64,000 nt of DNA, taken from assembly GCA_963666565.1 (NCBI GenBank), contig OY762911.1, forward strand, positions 992,001 through 1,056,000. Reading direction: 5' to 3'. The notes below the pieces were generated by a model. The model was given only the letters and a program-made list of their open reading frames with translations, was not told the origin of the DNA and searched no databases. Positions 18,654-28,231 of this stretch are shown piece after piece. Numbering within the stretch: position 1 is the stretch's first letter; the number at the start of each line of letters is the position of its first letter. The position numbers and the translations under genes were made by a program. This DNA comes from Thermoanaerobaculia bacterium (GTDB lineage: Bacteria; Acidobacteriota; Thermoanaerobaculia; Multivoradales; Multivoraceae).

Positions 18654-19430
18654 CTAGTTCCAGAACCGGTCGAGCCGGGTCCAGGACCGGATCGGGATCA
18701 CCTCGCCGGTGAGGAGCGCGGAAGCCGGGGAGGCCAGGAAGAGGCAGAGATCCGCGACGTCCTCCGGGTCGGGCGGCCGCTCCAGGCGGGGCACGGGCGT
18801 ACCGTCCTCCTTCTCGGCCGGCTGGATGACGCCCCACTTCACCATCGCGGGCGTGGCGATCAGCCCGGGCGCCACGCAGTTGACGCGGATGTTGTGCTTC
18901 GCCCACTGGAAGGCGAGGTTGTTGCTCAGGCTGATCACGCCCGCCTTTGCCGCCGAGTAGTGGAGCATCCCGGGATGCCCCTTGGTGCCGGCGACCGACG
19001 AGATGTTGACGATGTTGCCGCTCTGCTGCTCGATCATCCGCTTGCCCGCGGCGATGCAGCACAGCCACGTGCCGGTCAGGTTGAGATCGACGATGCGCTG
19101 CCACTCGTCGTAGGGCGTGTCCTCGGGCATGCGCGGCGTCGCGCCGCCGCCGGCGTTGTTGACCATGACGTCGAGCCGGCCGAAGGCGCCGACGGTCTCC
19201 GCGATCAGCCCGTTCACCTGGTCGGGGACGGTGATGTCGCAACCGACGGCCAGCGCCGTCCCGCCCGACGCCTCGATCTCGCCGACGACGCCGTCCAGGT
19301 TCTCCTTCTTGCGCGACGCGACGACGACGCTGGCGCCCGCCTCGGCGTAGGCCTTCGCGATGCAGGTGCCGATGCCGCCGGCGCCGCCGGTGACGATGGC
19401 GACGCGATCCGTCAGGTCGAGTTTGGACAT
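18654..19430 (-). CDS. Short-chain dehydrogenase/reductase
   Basis: TGGAGGIG, NNAG, YSAAK and IRVNCVAPG. Confidence 0.95.
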   Translation of the reverse strand: MSKLDLTDRVAIVTGGAGGIGTCIAKAYAEAGASVVVASRKKENLDGVVGEIEASGGTALAVGCDITVPDQVNGLIAETVGAFGRLDVMVNNAGGGATPRMPEDTPYDEWQRIVDLNLTGTWLCCIAAGKRMIEQQSGNIVNISSVAGTKGHPGMLHYSAAKAGVISLSNNLAFQWAKHNIRVNCVAPGLIATPAMVKWGVIQPAEKEDGTPVPRLERPPDPEDVADLCLFLASPASALLTGEVIPIRSWTRLDRFWN

Positions 19431-19502
19431 GCTGGTGATCCTCTTGAGGCGGAGCTTCGCTTCGTCACCCGGCAGATCGCGCGATTCACGAGTCTCGCCA
19501 CG

Positions 19503-20552
19503 TCAGTTCGGAGTCTTGCTCACTCTTCCGGTCGGCACGCGGCCGCCCTCGCCGGCGCCGGCGACGACGCCGCCCGGGCAGCCGCCGCCGGGCGGAACGA
19601 CCCATTCGCAGCCCGGCGTGTTCTCCGGGCCGTCGTCGTGGCAGGCGAGGAGTGCCGCGTAGTCGGCCTTCAGGCTGCCGGGCCTGCGCGGCGGCATGAA
19701 CTCGTTCACGTGTACCTGGCCGGCTTCGAGCAGCCGGGCGGTGCGCGTCGGCGCCCGGTGGCAGTCGAGGCAGGCGTTGCCCTCGATGTGCGGCGTCCTC
19801 ATGTCCCAGTGCGTTCCGCCGACCACCCAGTAGGGCGCTTCGGGATCCACCCAGCCCGGCAGGACGGGTTCGCTCGGGTCGGACGGCAGCTTGGCGCCGT
19901 CGATCCAGGGGTCGTGCAGAAAGGCGTTGTTCTGGTGGCACTGGACGCACTGGACGCCCGGAGGCGGCGGGATGAAGGCGTCGTCGAAGGCGTCGTCGTC
20001 CGGGCCGGGGAGCTTCCCGGCGAGGACACCGTCGTCGTCGAGGTGGAGGTACTTCGCCTGTCTGAGATCGCCGATCCCGTCCGGCGACTCGAAGAAGCAG
20101 GTGGCGCCCGTGGTCTTGTTGTGTCCGATCATCTGGACGGAGGAGATGCCCTTCGCGAAGAGTTCCCGGCCGGCCGAGCGGCAGAGGTACGCCCAGACGA
20201 CGTCGTCCAGCGGGCTGCCGTCGGCGGCCTTGCCCTGCACCCTGCCGATCCGCGAGCCGACGTTGCAGTTGCCCTTGAAGTCGGGCGTGTCGCACTGGCG
20301 GTAGCCGGGGCTCTCGAAGACCTCGACGCCGTCGACGTGGATGGGGATGCGCACGCCGGCGCCGCAGTCGATCGTCGGCGGCACGCCGACGTGCGGGAGG
20401 CACATCGCGGCGTACTCGGATGCCGTCTCCGGCATCGTCTGCGCCTTGCCGCCGGGTATGCAGGCGTCCTCGGCCGTCGCCGCGCCGGCCGGCGCCACGG
20501 CCGCGAGAAGCGCAGCCGCGACGGCCAACCCTGAGATCGCTCGAAGTTCCAT
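19503..20552 (-). CDS. Secreted Cys-rich protein with two CxxCH motifs (possible di-heme cytochrome c)
   Basis: Signal peptide, CVQCH and CLDCH, GGAGG RBS. Confidence 0.7.
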   Translation of the reverse strand: MELRAISGLAVAAALLAAVAPAGAATAEDACIPGGKAQTMPETASEYAAMCLPHVGVPPTIDCGAGVRIPIHVDGVEVFESPGYRQCDTPDFKGNCNVGSRIGRVQGKAADGSPLDDVVWAYLCRSAGRELFAKGISSVQMIGHNKTTGATCFFESPDGIGDLRQAKYLHLDDDGVLAGKLPGPDDDAFDDAFIPPPPGVQCVQCHQNNAFLHDPWIDGAKLPSDPSEPVLPGWVDPEAPYWVVGGTHWDMRTPHIEGNACLDCHRAPTRTARLLEAGQVHVNEFMPPRRPGSLKADYAALLACHDDGPENTPGCEWVVPPGGGCPGGVVAGAGEGGRVPTGRVSKTPN

Positions 20553-20584
20553 CCGGTCCTCCCTCGTTGCGACCGCCAGTGTAC

Positions 20585-20610
20585 CGAACTTGTAACAGTG
20601 TCTCAACTTG
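20585..20610. promoter_or_regulatory. Putative operator copy
   Basis: ACTTG TAACA G TGTCT CAACT. Confidence 0.45.
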
Positions 20611-20646
20611 GAGTTGGCGGCATGTCGGTGTTTCTGTCGGGCGCCG

Positions 20647-20837
20647 CTGGGTGCGCGGGTCTTCCGACCCGCTGCCGGCGGAGCCGGCCAGGCAACCGCG
20701 CCGGCCGGAGGCCGGCACTATCTGTGGCTGGCGCCACGTTTGGCGCGGTCGCCGGCCTCCGGCCGGCGGTCCCTTTGTCCGGGCTGCGCCGCTCCGCGGC
20801 TTCGCCCGTGAGCGGGTCGGAAGACCCGCGCACCCAG
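20647..20837. repeat. Long REPIN between divergent genes
   Basis: Perfect 26-bp inverted REP-A ends. Confidence 0.92.
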
Positions 20838-20876
20838 CGCCGCGCACCCGGAACGCCGACGCCGCAGGGGTTGCCC

Positions 20877-20903
20877 TCGACTTGAAACGCTGTAACATGT
20901 TTC
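20877..20903. promoter_or_regulatory. Putative operator copy upstream of the TonB receptor
   Basis: TCGACTTGAAACGCTGTAACATGTTTC, close to the reverse complement of 12080-12107. Confidence 0.55.
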
Positions 20904-20936
20904 CCTTCCCTTCAAGAAACGTCCCAGGAGGCAGGC

Positions 20937-23888
20937 ATGAACCCGAAGCATCGCGACGGCCGAAGGACTCGGAAGCTCATCCTGTTGGCGTTTCTCGCCA
21001 TGGCGGTACTCGCCCTGCCGGCCGCGGCCCAGGACGGCAGCGTCTCGGGCACGGTCTACGACCGCGACGGCGGCGCCCTGCCGGGCGTCACCGTCAGCCT
21101 CCAGGACGCCGACGGCGGCGACACCGGCAAGAACGCGCAGACCGACGCCGCCGGCGCCTTCCGCATCGACGGCGTCGCCGACGGCAGCTATACGGCGACG
21201 GCCTCGCTCCAGGGCTTCCGGTCCGCCAGCGAAACGGTCGAGGTGTCGGGCGGCGCCGGTTCCGTCGAGTTCGCGCTCGGCCTCTCCGTCGTGGAGCAGA
21301 TCGTCGTCCAAGGCGAGATCGGCGAAGAGAACGTCCTCAGGCGGCCGATGACCGTTACCGGCTTCAACGAGGGCATGGTCGTCGAGCTCGGCATGAACAA
21401 CAACAACGACCTCGAAGCGCTCACGCCGGGCCTGCAGATCGGCCACCAGTCGCCCGACTCCGGCCACGGCAACCACCTCTACCTCCGCGGCATCGGCTCG
21501 CAGCGCAACCAGGAGTTCTTCCAGGCCACCGCGGTCGCCACCTACGTCGACGGCATCTACACGGACGAGCTCTACGCGCTCGAGCCCGGCAACCTGTTCG
21601 ACGTCGAGAGCATGAACGTGGCGCGCGGCCCGCAGGGAACCACCGGCGGCCGCGCCGCGATCGCCGGCGCGATCAGCTTCAACACGATCAAGCCGACCGC
21701 CCAGTTCGACGTCAACGCCCTGGCCGAGTACACCGATCAGACCTCGCAGCGCGGCGACCTCGCCATCGGCGGACCGCTCGGCGACAGCCGGGTGAGTTGG
21801 CGCTTGACGGCGGGAAGCTGGCAGGGCGAGGGCGCGCAGCCCAACATCGGCCCCGGCGGCGACTACGACGAACCGGACAACGTCCACTGGGCGCCGCAGC
21901 TTCGCTATCTCGGCGAGACGGTCGACTTCAACCTCCGCTACGCCGGCCGCGAGGACAGCGGCGCGCCCCGCACCTCGGTCGAACTGACCGGCCGCGACGT
22001 GACGACCGAATGCCTGCTGACTGGCACCGACCCGGAGGGCAACCCGACCTGCCTGTTCCCGAATCCCTTCCTCGGCGCGGCGAACCAGGCGCCGTCGGTC
22101 AGGGACTGCGATCTCAGCGATCCGAACCGGCTCATCTGCCCCGGCGACGACCTGCGCAACGTGGTCGACTACAACACGCCGGGCAACGAGGACTCCGAAC
22201 TCCAGATGGCCGTGGCCGACCTGAACGTCCGGCCCAGCCGCGGGCTCAGCCTGACCTACAAGGGCGGCTACCGGGAAACGACGGAGAACGCGCAGACCGA
22301 CACCGACGGCACCTCGCGCGTCGGCGGCCCGAACGATCCGTTCCGCGACGCGAACGGTTACCCGTTCTCCGACACGATGACGAACTACTTCCGCTACTCG
22401 GAGCAGCTTTCGCACGAGTTGCGGCTGGCCTCGAGCTTCGCCGGCGACTTCCAGTTCGTTCTCGGCGCTTTCCAGCGCGACGGGGACGAGCCCTACGACG
22501 CGCGCTTCTTCGACTTCGCCAACCCCGCGTTCAACACGAACACGCTGGCGACCTGCCAGGCGCTGCTCCCGTTCTTCGGATTGCCTCTCCTGTCGGAGCA
22601 CGGCACCACGTCGGCAGTTTCCGGTCAGGGCGTCTGGGCCTGCCCGGGCGAACTGCTCGACTGGTCGAACGCGGGCGCCATCGGCGCCTTCTCCGACGGC
22701 AACATGAACGGCCACTGGCTCGACTTCTACGGCCACTCGCAGTTCGAGACCCTGGCGTACTACGGCAACGTCGAGTACCAGGTCGGCGACAGGTGGACGC
22801 TGTTCGGCGGCATCCGCCACGACCAGGACATCAAGACCCACGTCCAGAACGACATCCGCATCGGCATCAACTTCGGCTTCGGGGTCGACCTGTGGATCTT
22901 CCGCAACGCCGCGGTGGAGGGCTTCGAGGGCAAGAACGACGCGGAGTGGAACCAGACCACCTGGAACGCGGGCGTCCAGTACTCGGCCAGTCCCGCCAGC
23001 ATGTGGTACGGCCGAATCTCCAAGGGCGGCCGCCCCGGCGGCTTCGTCGGCTTCGGCAACCTGACCGAGGTGACCTTCGATTCGGAGGAACTCATCAACT
23101 ACGAAACCGGCTGGAAGGGCCTGCTGGCCGACAACCGGCTGCAACTGGAAGCCTCCGTCTTCTACAACGACTACCAGGGCTACTGGATCAACTCCAGCCG
23201 CCTGCTGCCGGTTGAGCAGCGGATCCCCGGCGAGAGCATCTTCGAAGGCGAGATGAACACGATCGACGGAAGCTGGATCTCGGGGCTCGAGCTCAACGCG
23301 GCCTTCCGGGCCACCGACAACTTCACGATCCGCGGCTGGTACAACTACCTCGACTCGGCGATCGGAGACTTCGACACCACCTATTGTTGCGACCCCGCCG
23401 CGCCGACCGAGACGGTCGAGTTCCAGGACCGCGAGGGCAACACCTTCACGCAGGAGATCGCCAGCCTGACGAATTTCGGCGGCAACCGCATGCCGCTGCA
23501 GCCCAGGCACAAGTTCTCGCTGACCGCGATCTACGACCTCGGCAACCTCCGCCTGCTGGCCACCGCCGGCCACACGACGAAGAAGAACACGGACATCAGC
23601 AACCTGCCGAAGTACAAGATCCCCGAGTACACCCGCATCGACCTGCGGGCGATCTGGTTCACCGGGATCGAGGGCCTGCAGGTCCACGCCTTCGCCAAGA
23701 ACGTCCTCGACGAGATCGCCGTGCAGCAATGGCGGCCGAACGAAGGCTACGGTTACGACACCGGCGTGATCCGTGGTTCGCTCACCGACCAGCGCGAGGT
23801 CGGCGTGATGGCGAGCTTCCGCCTCGGCGGCCGCAAGACCCTCTACGGCCTCGGCGGAGGAATGGGCCCGTCAGCCGGCGGGAAGTAG
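20937..23888 (+). CDS. TonB-dependent receptor with carboxypeptidase-regulatory-like N-terminal domain
   Basis: AGGAGG RBS, signal peptide, EQIVVQG box, YLRGIG, VATYVDGIY, RGPQGT, NYETGWK. Confidence 0.93.
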   Translation: MNPKHRDGRRTRKLILLAFLAMAVLALPAAAQDGSVSGTVYDRDGGALPGVTVSLQDADGGDTGKNAQTDAAGAFRIDGVADGSYTATASLQGFRSASETVEVSGGAGSVEFALGLSVVEQIVVQGEIGEENVLRRPMTVTGFNEGMVVELGMNNNNDLEALTPGLQIGHQSPDSGHGNHLYLRGIGSQRNQEFFQATAVATYVDGIYTDELYALEPGNLFDVESMNVARGPQGTTGGRAAIAGAISFNTIKPTAQFDVNALAEYTDQTSQRGDLAIGGPLGDSRVSWRLTAGSWQGEGAQPNIGPGGDYDEPDNVHWAPQLRYLGETVDFNLRYAGREDSGAPRTSVELTGRDVTTECLLTGTDPEGNPTCLFPNPFLGAANQAPSVRDCDLSDPNRLICPGDDLRNVVDYNTPGNEDSELQMAVADLNVRPSRGLSLTYKGGYRETTENAQTDTDGTSRVGGPNDPFRDANGYPFSDTMTNYFRYSEQLSHELRLASSFAGDFQFVLGAFQRDGDEPYDARFFDFANPAFNTNTLATCQALLPFFGLPLLSEHGTTSAVSGQGVWACPGELLDWSNAGAIGAFSDGNMNGHWLDFYGHSQFETLAYYGNVEYQVGDRWTLFGGIRHDQDIKTHVQNDIRIGINFGFGVDLWIFRNAAVEGFEGKNDAEWNQTTWNAGVQYSASPASMWYGRISKGGRPGGFVGFGNLTEVTFDSEELINYETGWKGLLADNRLQLEASVFYNDYQGYWINSSRLLPVEQRIPGESIFEGEMNTIDGSWISGLELNAAFRATDNFTIRGWYNYLDSAIGDFDTTYCCDPAAPTETVEFQDREGNTFTQEIASLTNFGGNRMPLQPRHKFSLTAIYDLGNLRLLATAGHTTKKNTDISNLPKYKIPEYTRIDLRAIWFTGIEGLQVHAFAKNVLDEIAVQQWRPNEGYGYDTGVIRGSLTDQREVGVMASFRLGGRKTLYGLGGGMGPSAGGK

Positions 23889-23900
23889 CCACCACACACC

Positions 23901-24047
23901 CTGGGTGCGCGGGTCTTCTGACCCGCTGCCGCCGAAGGCGGCGGACAGTATCGTCGCCGGCCTCCGGCGCGAACCAGCGATCTGAACGCCACATACTGGG
24001 TGCGCCGGCGTCCCCGCCGGCATCCGGCGCGAAGCGCCGGCTTCCGG
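23901..24047 (+). repeat. Half REPIN-A (23901-~23968) followed by REP-B (23996-24047)
   Basis: Two CTGGGTGC leaders carrying different hairpins. Confidence 0.88.
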
Positions 24048-24083
24048 ACCTCTGCGGCGCTCGGTTTCGCTAACCTGCCCCGC

Positions 24084-25322
24084 GTGAAAGGCGCTCTATC
24101 CGGTTGGGCCGCCGTCCTCCTGCTCGCCAGCCTTCTCGCCGCGCCGCTCCAGGCGCAGCCGATCGAGGCCTCGAAGGGCGACGCGGCGGAGCTGATCGCG
24201 AGGATCGAGGCACCACGGGACGCGGGGTCGAGCGACGACTCCGGCAAGAGCCTCGCGGAGCTGATGGAGACGCACGGCATCCCGGCGCTGAGCGTCGCCG
24301 TCGTCGAGGACTACCGGCTGCACTGGGCCAGGGCCTGGGGCGTGGCGCACGAATCTACGGGTGCGCCCGCCGACACGGACACCCTCTTCCAGGCCGCCTC
24401 GATCAGCAAGCCGGTGTCGGCGATGGCGGTGCTCCGGGCGGTCCAGGACGGACTCTTCGACCTCGACGACGACATCAACTCGATTCTCCAATCCTGGCAC
24501 CTCCGGGACGACGCGGAACTGCTCGCGGAGACACCGGTGACGGTGCGGATGCTGCTCAGCATGACGGCCGGCACCACCGTCTCGGGGTTTCCCGGCTACA
24601 AGCCCGACGCCGAGCTGCCGACCGTCGCCGAGGTCCTCGGCCGCAAGGACGAGGAAACGCCAGCGAACACCGACCCGGTCGTCGTCGGCTGGCAGCCCGG
24701 CAGCCGCTACGAGTACTCGGGAGGCGGCTCGACCATCCTGCAGCTTGCCCTGAGCGACGCCAAGGCTGAGCCGTTCGACCAGATCCTCCAGGAGACCGTC
24801 CTCGACCCGCTCGGCATGACCCGCAGTTGCTTCTGCCAGCCGCTACCGGAGGCACTCCACGGCAACGCGGCCCGGGCCGGCGGATCGGCGGCCAGGCCCG
24901 ACGGGGACGGTGGGGCGCCCCGCGCACCCTGGCACGTCTACCCGGAACTCTACGCCGCGGGCCTGTGGACGACGCCGTCGGATCTGGCGAAGTTCCTGAT
25001 CGAGGTCCAGCTTTCACTGGAAGGCCGCTCGAACCGCATCCTCACGACCGAGTCCACCCGCAAGATGGTGACGCCCGGAGGCGTGGGCCACTACGCTCTC
25101 GGCTTCACTACCGGTGCCGACACTCCGCATCGCCCGGCGCCGCCCGGAGAAGCGGACCGCCGTTTCGGACACACGGGCGGCAACTGGGGCTTCCGCGGGA
25201 ACTTCGTCGGATCGCTCGAAGGAGGTAACGGCTATGTCATCCTGGCCAACAGCAGCGAAGCCAACCCGGTCGTCTTCGTCGAGTTGCCGACCAGAATCCG
25301 GGCCGCTTACGGCTGGGAGTAG
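24084..25322 (+). CDS. Serine hydrolase, beta-lactamase class C/AmpC-like family
   Basis: FQAASISK (SxxK), YEYSGGG, LWTTPSDLAKF, GHTGGN; signal peptide. Confidence 0.9.
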   Translation: MKGALSGWAAVLLLASLLAAPLQAQPIEASKGDAAELIARIEAPRDAGSSDDSGKSLAELMETHGIPALSVAVVEDYRLHWARAWGVAHESTGAPADTDTLFQAASISKPVSAMAVLRAVQDGLFDLDDDINSILQSWHLRDDAELLAETPVTVRMLLSMTAGTTVSGFPGYKPDAELPTVAEVLGRKDEETPANTDPVVVGWQPGSRYEYSGGGSTILQLALSDAKAEPFDQILQETVLDPLGMTRSCFCQPLPEALHGNAARAGGSAARPDGDGGAPRAPWHVYPELYAAGLWTTPSDLAKFLIEVQLSLEGRSNRILTTESTRKMVTPGGVGHYALGFTTGADTPHRPAPPGEADRRFGHTGGNWGFRGNFVGSLEGGNGYVILANSSEANPVVFVELPTRIRAAYGWE

Positions 25323-25328
25323 CCGCCA

Positions 25329-25468
25329 CTGGGTGCGCGGGTCTGCCATCCGCGCGCCCGATGACGGGCGCACGGACTGGGACGCCGGTGGTGCGGGGGC
25401 GCGCCACCAGGGTGCTGACCCGCTGCCGCCAAAGGCGGGCATCAGACCGCGCCGGCCGTCAGGCCGGC
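25329..25468 (+). repeat. REP-A whose 4-nt loop is replaced by a 73-nt double-hairpin module (C)
   Basis: GCGGGTC (25337-25343), module, GACCCGC (25417-25423). Confidence 0.85.
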
Positions 25469-26613
25469 TCCTCTTTGCGGCCGCGGCGCTCTTGACCTTC
25501 GCCTGCGCCGCGCCCCCCTCCCCCGACACCACGTTGACCGAAACCCAGCAGCTCTTCCAGGCGCGCCTCGACGAACTCCGCGCCGACCTCGGCTTCATCG
25601 GCGCCACCGCCGCCTTCGTCCTCCCGGACGGCAGCGAAGGCGTCGCCGCGACCGGCTACGCCGACCCGGACAACGACCTGCCGATGGATCCTGCGCACCG
25701 CATGCCGGCCGGCAGCATCGGCAAGACGATCGCCGCCGCCACCGCGCTCAGCATGGTCAACGAGGGCCTGCTCGGCCTCGACGACTTGGCCTCCCGCTGG
25801 CTCGGCGACGAACCGTGGTGGACCCGCCTCCCCAACCACGAGACGATGACCCTCCGCCACCTGCTCAGCCACTCGAGCGGACTGACCGATCACGTCTACG
25901 ACGAAGCCTGGCGCCGCGAGGCCCGGTCCCGCCGCGGCCCTGCCGGCGACCCCGACGCCTGGTTCGAGCCGCGGGATCTCGTCCAGTACGTCCTCGACAG
26001 GGCGCCCCTGTTCCCGGCCGGCGAAGGCTACGCCTACACCGACACCGGCTACCTCGTCGCGGGGCTCATCATGGAGGCGGCGTCCGGCGGCGCGTACTAC
26101 GACGAGGCCAGGCACCGCGTCCTCGACCGCCACGACCTCCCCCGCACGGTGGAGCAGATCGGCCGCACATTTCCCGATCTCGCCCCCGGCCACGTCGGCG
26201 AGGACAACCCGTTCTCGCTTCCCGCCAAGACCGCCGAGGGCGACGTGATGGCCTTCAGTCCGCAGACCGAGTGGACCGGCGGCGGCTACGTCTCCAACTC
26301 ACGCGACCTGGCCCGCTGGGCGAAGATTCTCTACGAGGAGCGTGCCCTCGACGGACCGTACCTGGAGGAGATGCTGAACTCCGGCTACCGCGGCGAAGAC
26401 GCCGGCGCCACTTATGGCCTCGGCGTCTACCGTGCCGGGTCGCCCCACGGCGAACTCATCGGCCACGGCGGCTGGTTCCCCGGCTGGCGCTCGACGATGT
26501 ACTACCACCGGGACTCCGGCATCGCCGTCGCTGTCCAGTTCAACCAGAACGACCTCGACTTCCGCAACCAGGTCCGCGACGTACTGTTCGCCGTCCTCCT
26601 CGGACGGCACTAA
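25333..26613 (+). CDS. Serine hydrolase/D-Ala carboxypeptidase-like lipoprotein
   Basis: GSIGK, LRHLLSHSSG, YAYTDTGY, GHGG; lipobox LTFAC. Start uncertain; the nearest upstream in-frame GTG lies in the REP leader. Confidence 0.88.
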   Translation: MRGSAIRAPDDGRTDWDAGGAGARHQGADPLPPKAGIRPRRPSGRLLFAAAALLTFACAAPPSPDTTLTETQQLFQARLDELRADLGFIGATAAFVLPDGSEGVAATGYADPDNDLPMDPAHRMPAGSIGKTIAAATALSMVNEGLLGLDDLASRWLGDEPWWTRLPNHETMTLRHLLSHSSGLTDHVYDEAWRREARSRRGPAGDPDAWFEPRDLVQYVLDRAPLFPAGEGYAYTDTGYLVAGLIMEAASGGAYYDEARHRVLDRHDLPRTVEQIGRTFPDLAPGHVGEDNPFSLPAKTAEGDVMAFSPQTEWTGGGYVSNSRDLARWAKILYEERALDGPYLEEMLNSGYRGEDAGATYGLGVYRAGSPHGELIGHGGWFPGWRSTMYYHRDSGIAVAVQFNQNDLDFRNQVRDVLFAVLLGRH

Positions 26614-26778
26614 CTGGGTGCGGGGGTCGATGCGCGGGTCGGTGCGCGGGTCTTCCGACCCGCTGCGGGCGGAGCCGCGGAGCGGCGCAGCCCGAACGAA
26701 GTAGCCGCCGGCCGGCGGCCGGCGACGATACTGTCCGCCGCCTACGGCGGCAGCGGGTCAGAAGACCCGCGCACCCAG
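26614..26778. repeat. REPIN with 12-bp tandem leader units; its right arm encodes the aminotransferase C-terminus
   Basis: Begins immediately after TAA 26611-26613. Confidence 0.92.
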
Positions 26779-28136
26779 TGGGCGGCGTCGTCGGCGGCTT
26801 CGAGAAAGCGGTCGATCTCCGCGTCGCCCATCGGGGTCGAGAGCGCGCCGAAGAGGCCCCGGGCGCCCATCAGCATGCCCCGGTTCAGCATCTCCAGGGC
26901 GATCTTCTGGATCCGCGGCGCGGCGGAACGGGCGGCGAATACGGCGCGGAAGTCCTTCGGCGGCTCGTTCCCCGGCACGACGGCGAAGAGCGAGCCGCGG
27001 CCGGTCGCGACCGCCTCGATGCCGTGCCGCCGGAGCACCTGCTGGAGTCCGTCGCGCACCCGGTCGCCGAGCCGGTCGAGCTCGTCGAAGACGTCCGGCG
27101 TCAGCCGCTTCATCGTCTCGTAGCCGGCGACCATCGTCACCGGATTGCCGTTGTAGGTGCCGCCGTGGTGGACGAGTTCGCCGTCGCGGTGGTCGAAGAC
27201 CTTCATCACGTCCGCCTTGCCGGCCACCGCGCCGACGGGGAAGCCGCCGCCGATGATCTTGCCGAGCGAGACGAGGTCCGGTTCGATTCCGAAGCGGTGG
27301 CAGGCGCCGCGATAGTCGATACGGAACGAGAGCACCTCGTCCGCGATCAGGAGAGCGCCGCATTCGCGCGTCTTCGCCCGGATCGCCGCCACGAAGTCGG
27401 CCCTCGGCGGGATCAGTCCGAGCGCCGCGGGCAGCGGATCCAGCAGCACGGCGGCCAGGTCGTCGCCGTGCTCGTCGATCAGGGCGCCGCAGACCTCGAT
27501 GTCGTTGAGCGGCAGCGTGACGACTTCCGTCTCCAGGCTCTTCGCCATGCTCGGTTCGAGCGTCGTCGCCGGCCGTTCCGACTCGCCCCAGTTCTTCGGC
27601 CGCGAACTGTCGGAAGCCTGCGCGTAGTCGTAGATGCCGTGGTAGCAGCCCTCGAACTTCGCGATCTTGCCGCGGCCCGTGGCGGCGCGCGCGGCCCGGA
27701 TCGCCAGCAGCACGCCTTCGCTGCCGGAGTTCGCGAACCGCACCTGGTCGATGTACGGGATGCGCTCCACCAGCAGCTCGGCGAGGCGGATGTCGGTCTC
27801 GGTCGGCAGCGAGAACGCCGTGCCGCTCCCGATCGTCCGGGCGACCGCCTCCGTCACCCCGGGGTGCGAGTGCCCGAGGATCAGCGAGGTGTAGTTGTTG
27901 ACGAAGTCGATCCGCTCCTGGCCTTCGACGTCCGTGACGATGCAGCCTCGCCCCGAGGCCGCGTAGATCGGGTACGGGTCCATCACCAGCGTGTGGCGGC
28001 TGTTGCCGCCGGGCATGACGTCGAGGGCGCGCTCGTAGAGCGAACGCGAGGCCGACTGCTCGCCGAGGTAGCGATCCGTGGAGCGGGGTTCGGCCGCGGC
28101 GGCGGGCCGGGTTTGCCGGTCCGTGATGTCGTTCAC
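26742..28136 (-). CDS. Class III PLP aminotransferase (glutamate-1-semialdehyde aminomutase-like)
   Basis: MPGGNSR, RFANSGSE, KFEGCYHG, LLIADEV, LGKIIGGGFPVGA and HGGTYNGNP. Confidence 0.92.
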   Translation of the reverse strand: MNDITDRQTRPAAAAEPRSTDRYLGEQSASRSLYERALDVMPGGNSRHTLVMDPYPIYAASGRGCIVTDVEGQERIDFVNNYTSLILGHSHPGVTEAVARTIGSGTAFSLPTETDIRLAELLVERIPYIDQVRFANSGSEGVLLAIRAARAATGRGKIAKFEGCYHGIYDYAQASDSSRPKNWGESERPATTLEPSMAKSLETEVVTLPLNDIEVCGALIDEHGDDLAAVLLDPLPAALGLIPPRADFVAAIRAKTRECGALLIADEVLSFRIDYRGACHRFGIEPDLVSLGKIIGGGFPVGAVAGKADVMKVFDHRDGELVHHGGTYNGNPVTMVAGYETMKRLTPDVFDELDRLGDRVRDGLQQVLRRHGIEAVATGRGSLFAVVPGNEPPKDFRAVFAARSAAPRIQKIALEMLNRGMLMGARGLFGALSTPMGDAEIDRFLEAADDAAHWVRGSSDPLPP

Positions 28137-28231
28137 CCTACTCCCTCTCCCGTTGCGGTCGGCACCGAGTCGAATGCGGGGAGCGTACAGCAGGCGCCGG
28201 CGGGCGGGCCGCTTCGCTATTGTGCTGAGCC

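Noticed and set aside
24084-26613. Beta-lactam resistance genes
   Set aside because: SxxK motifs only show family membership; many members are esterases or peptidases.
26742-28136. Naming the gene hemL
   Set aside because: No tetrapyrrole context, and divergent from canonical HemL as far as I can judge; left at family level.
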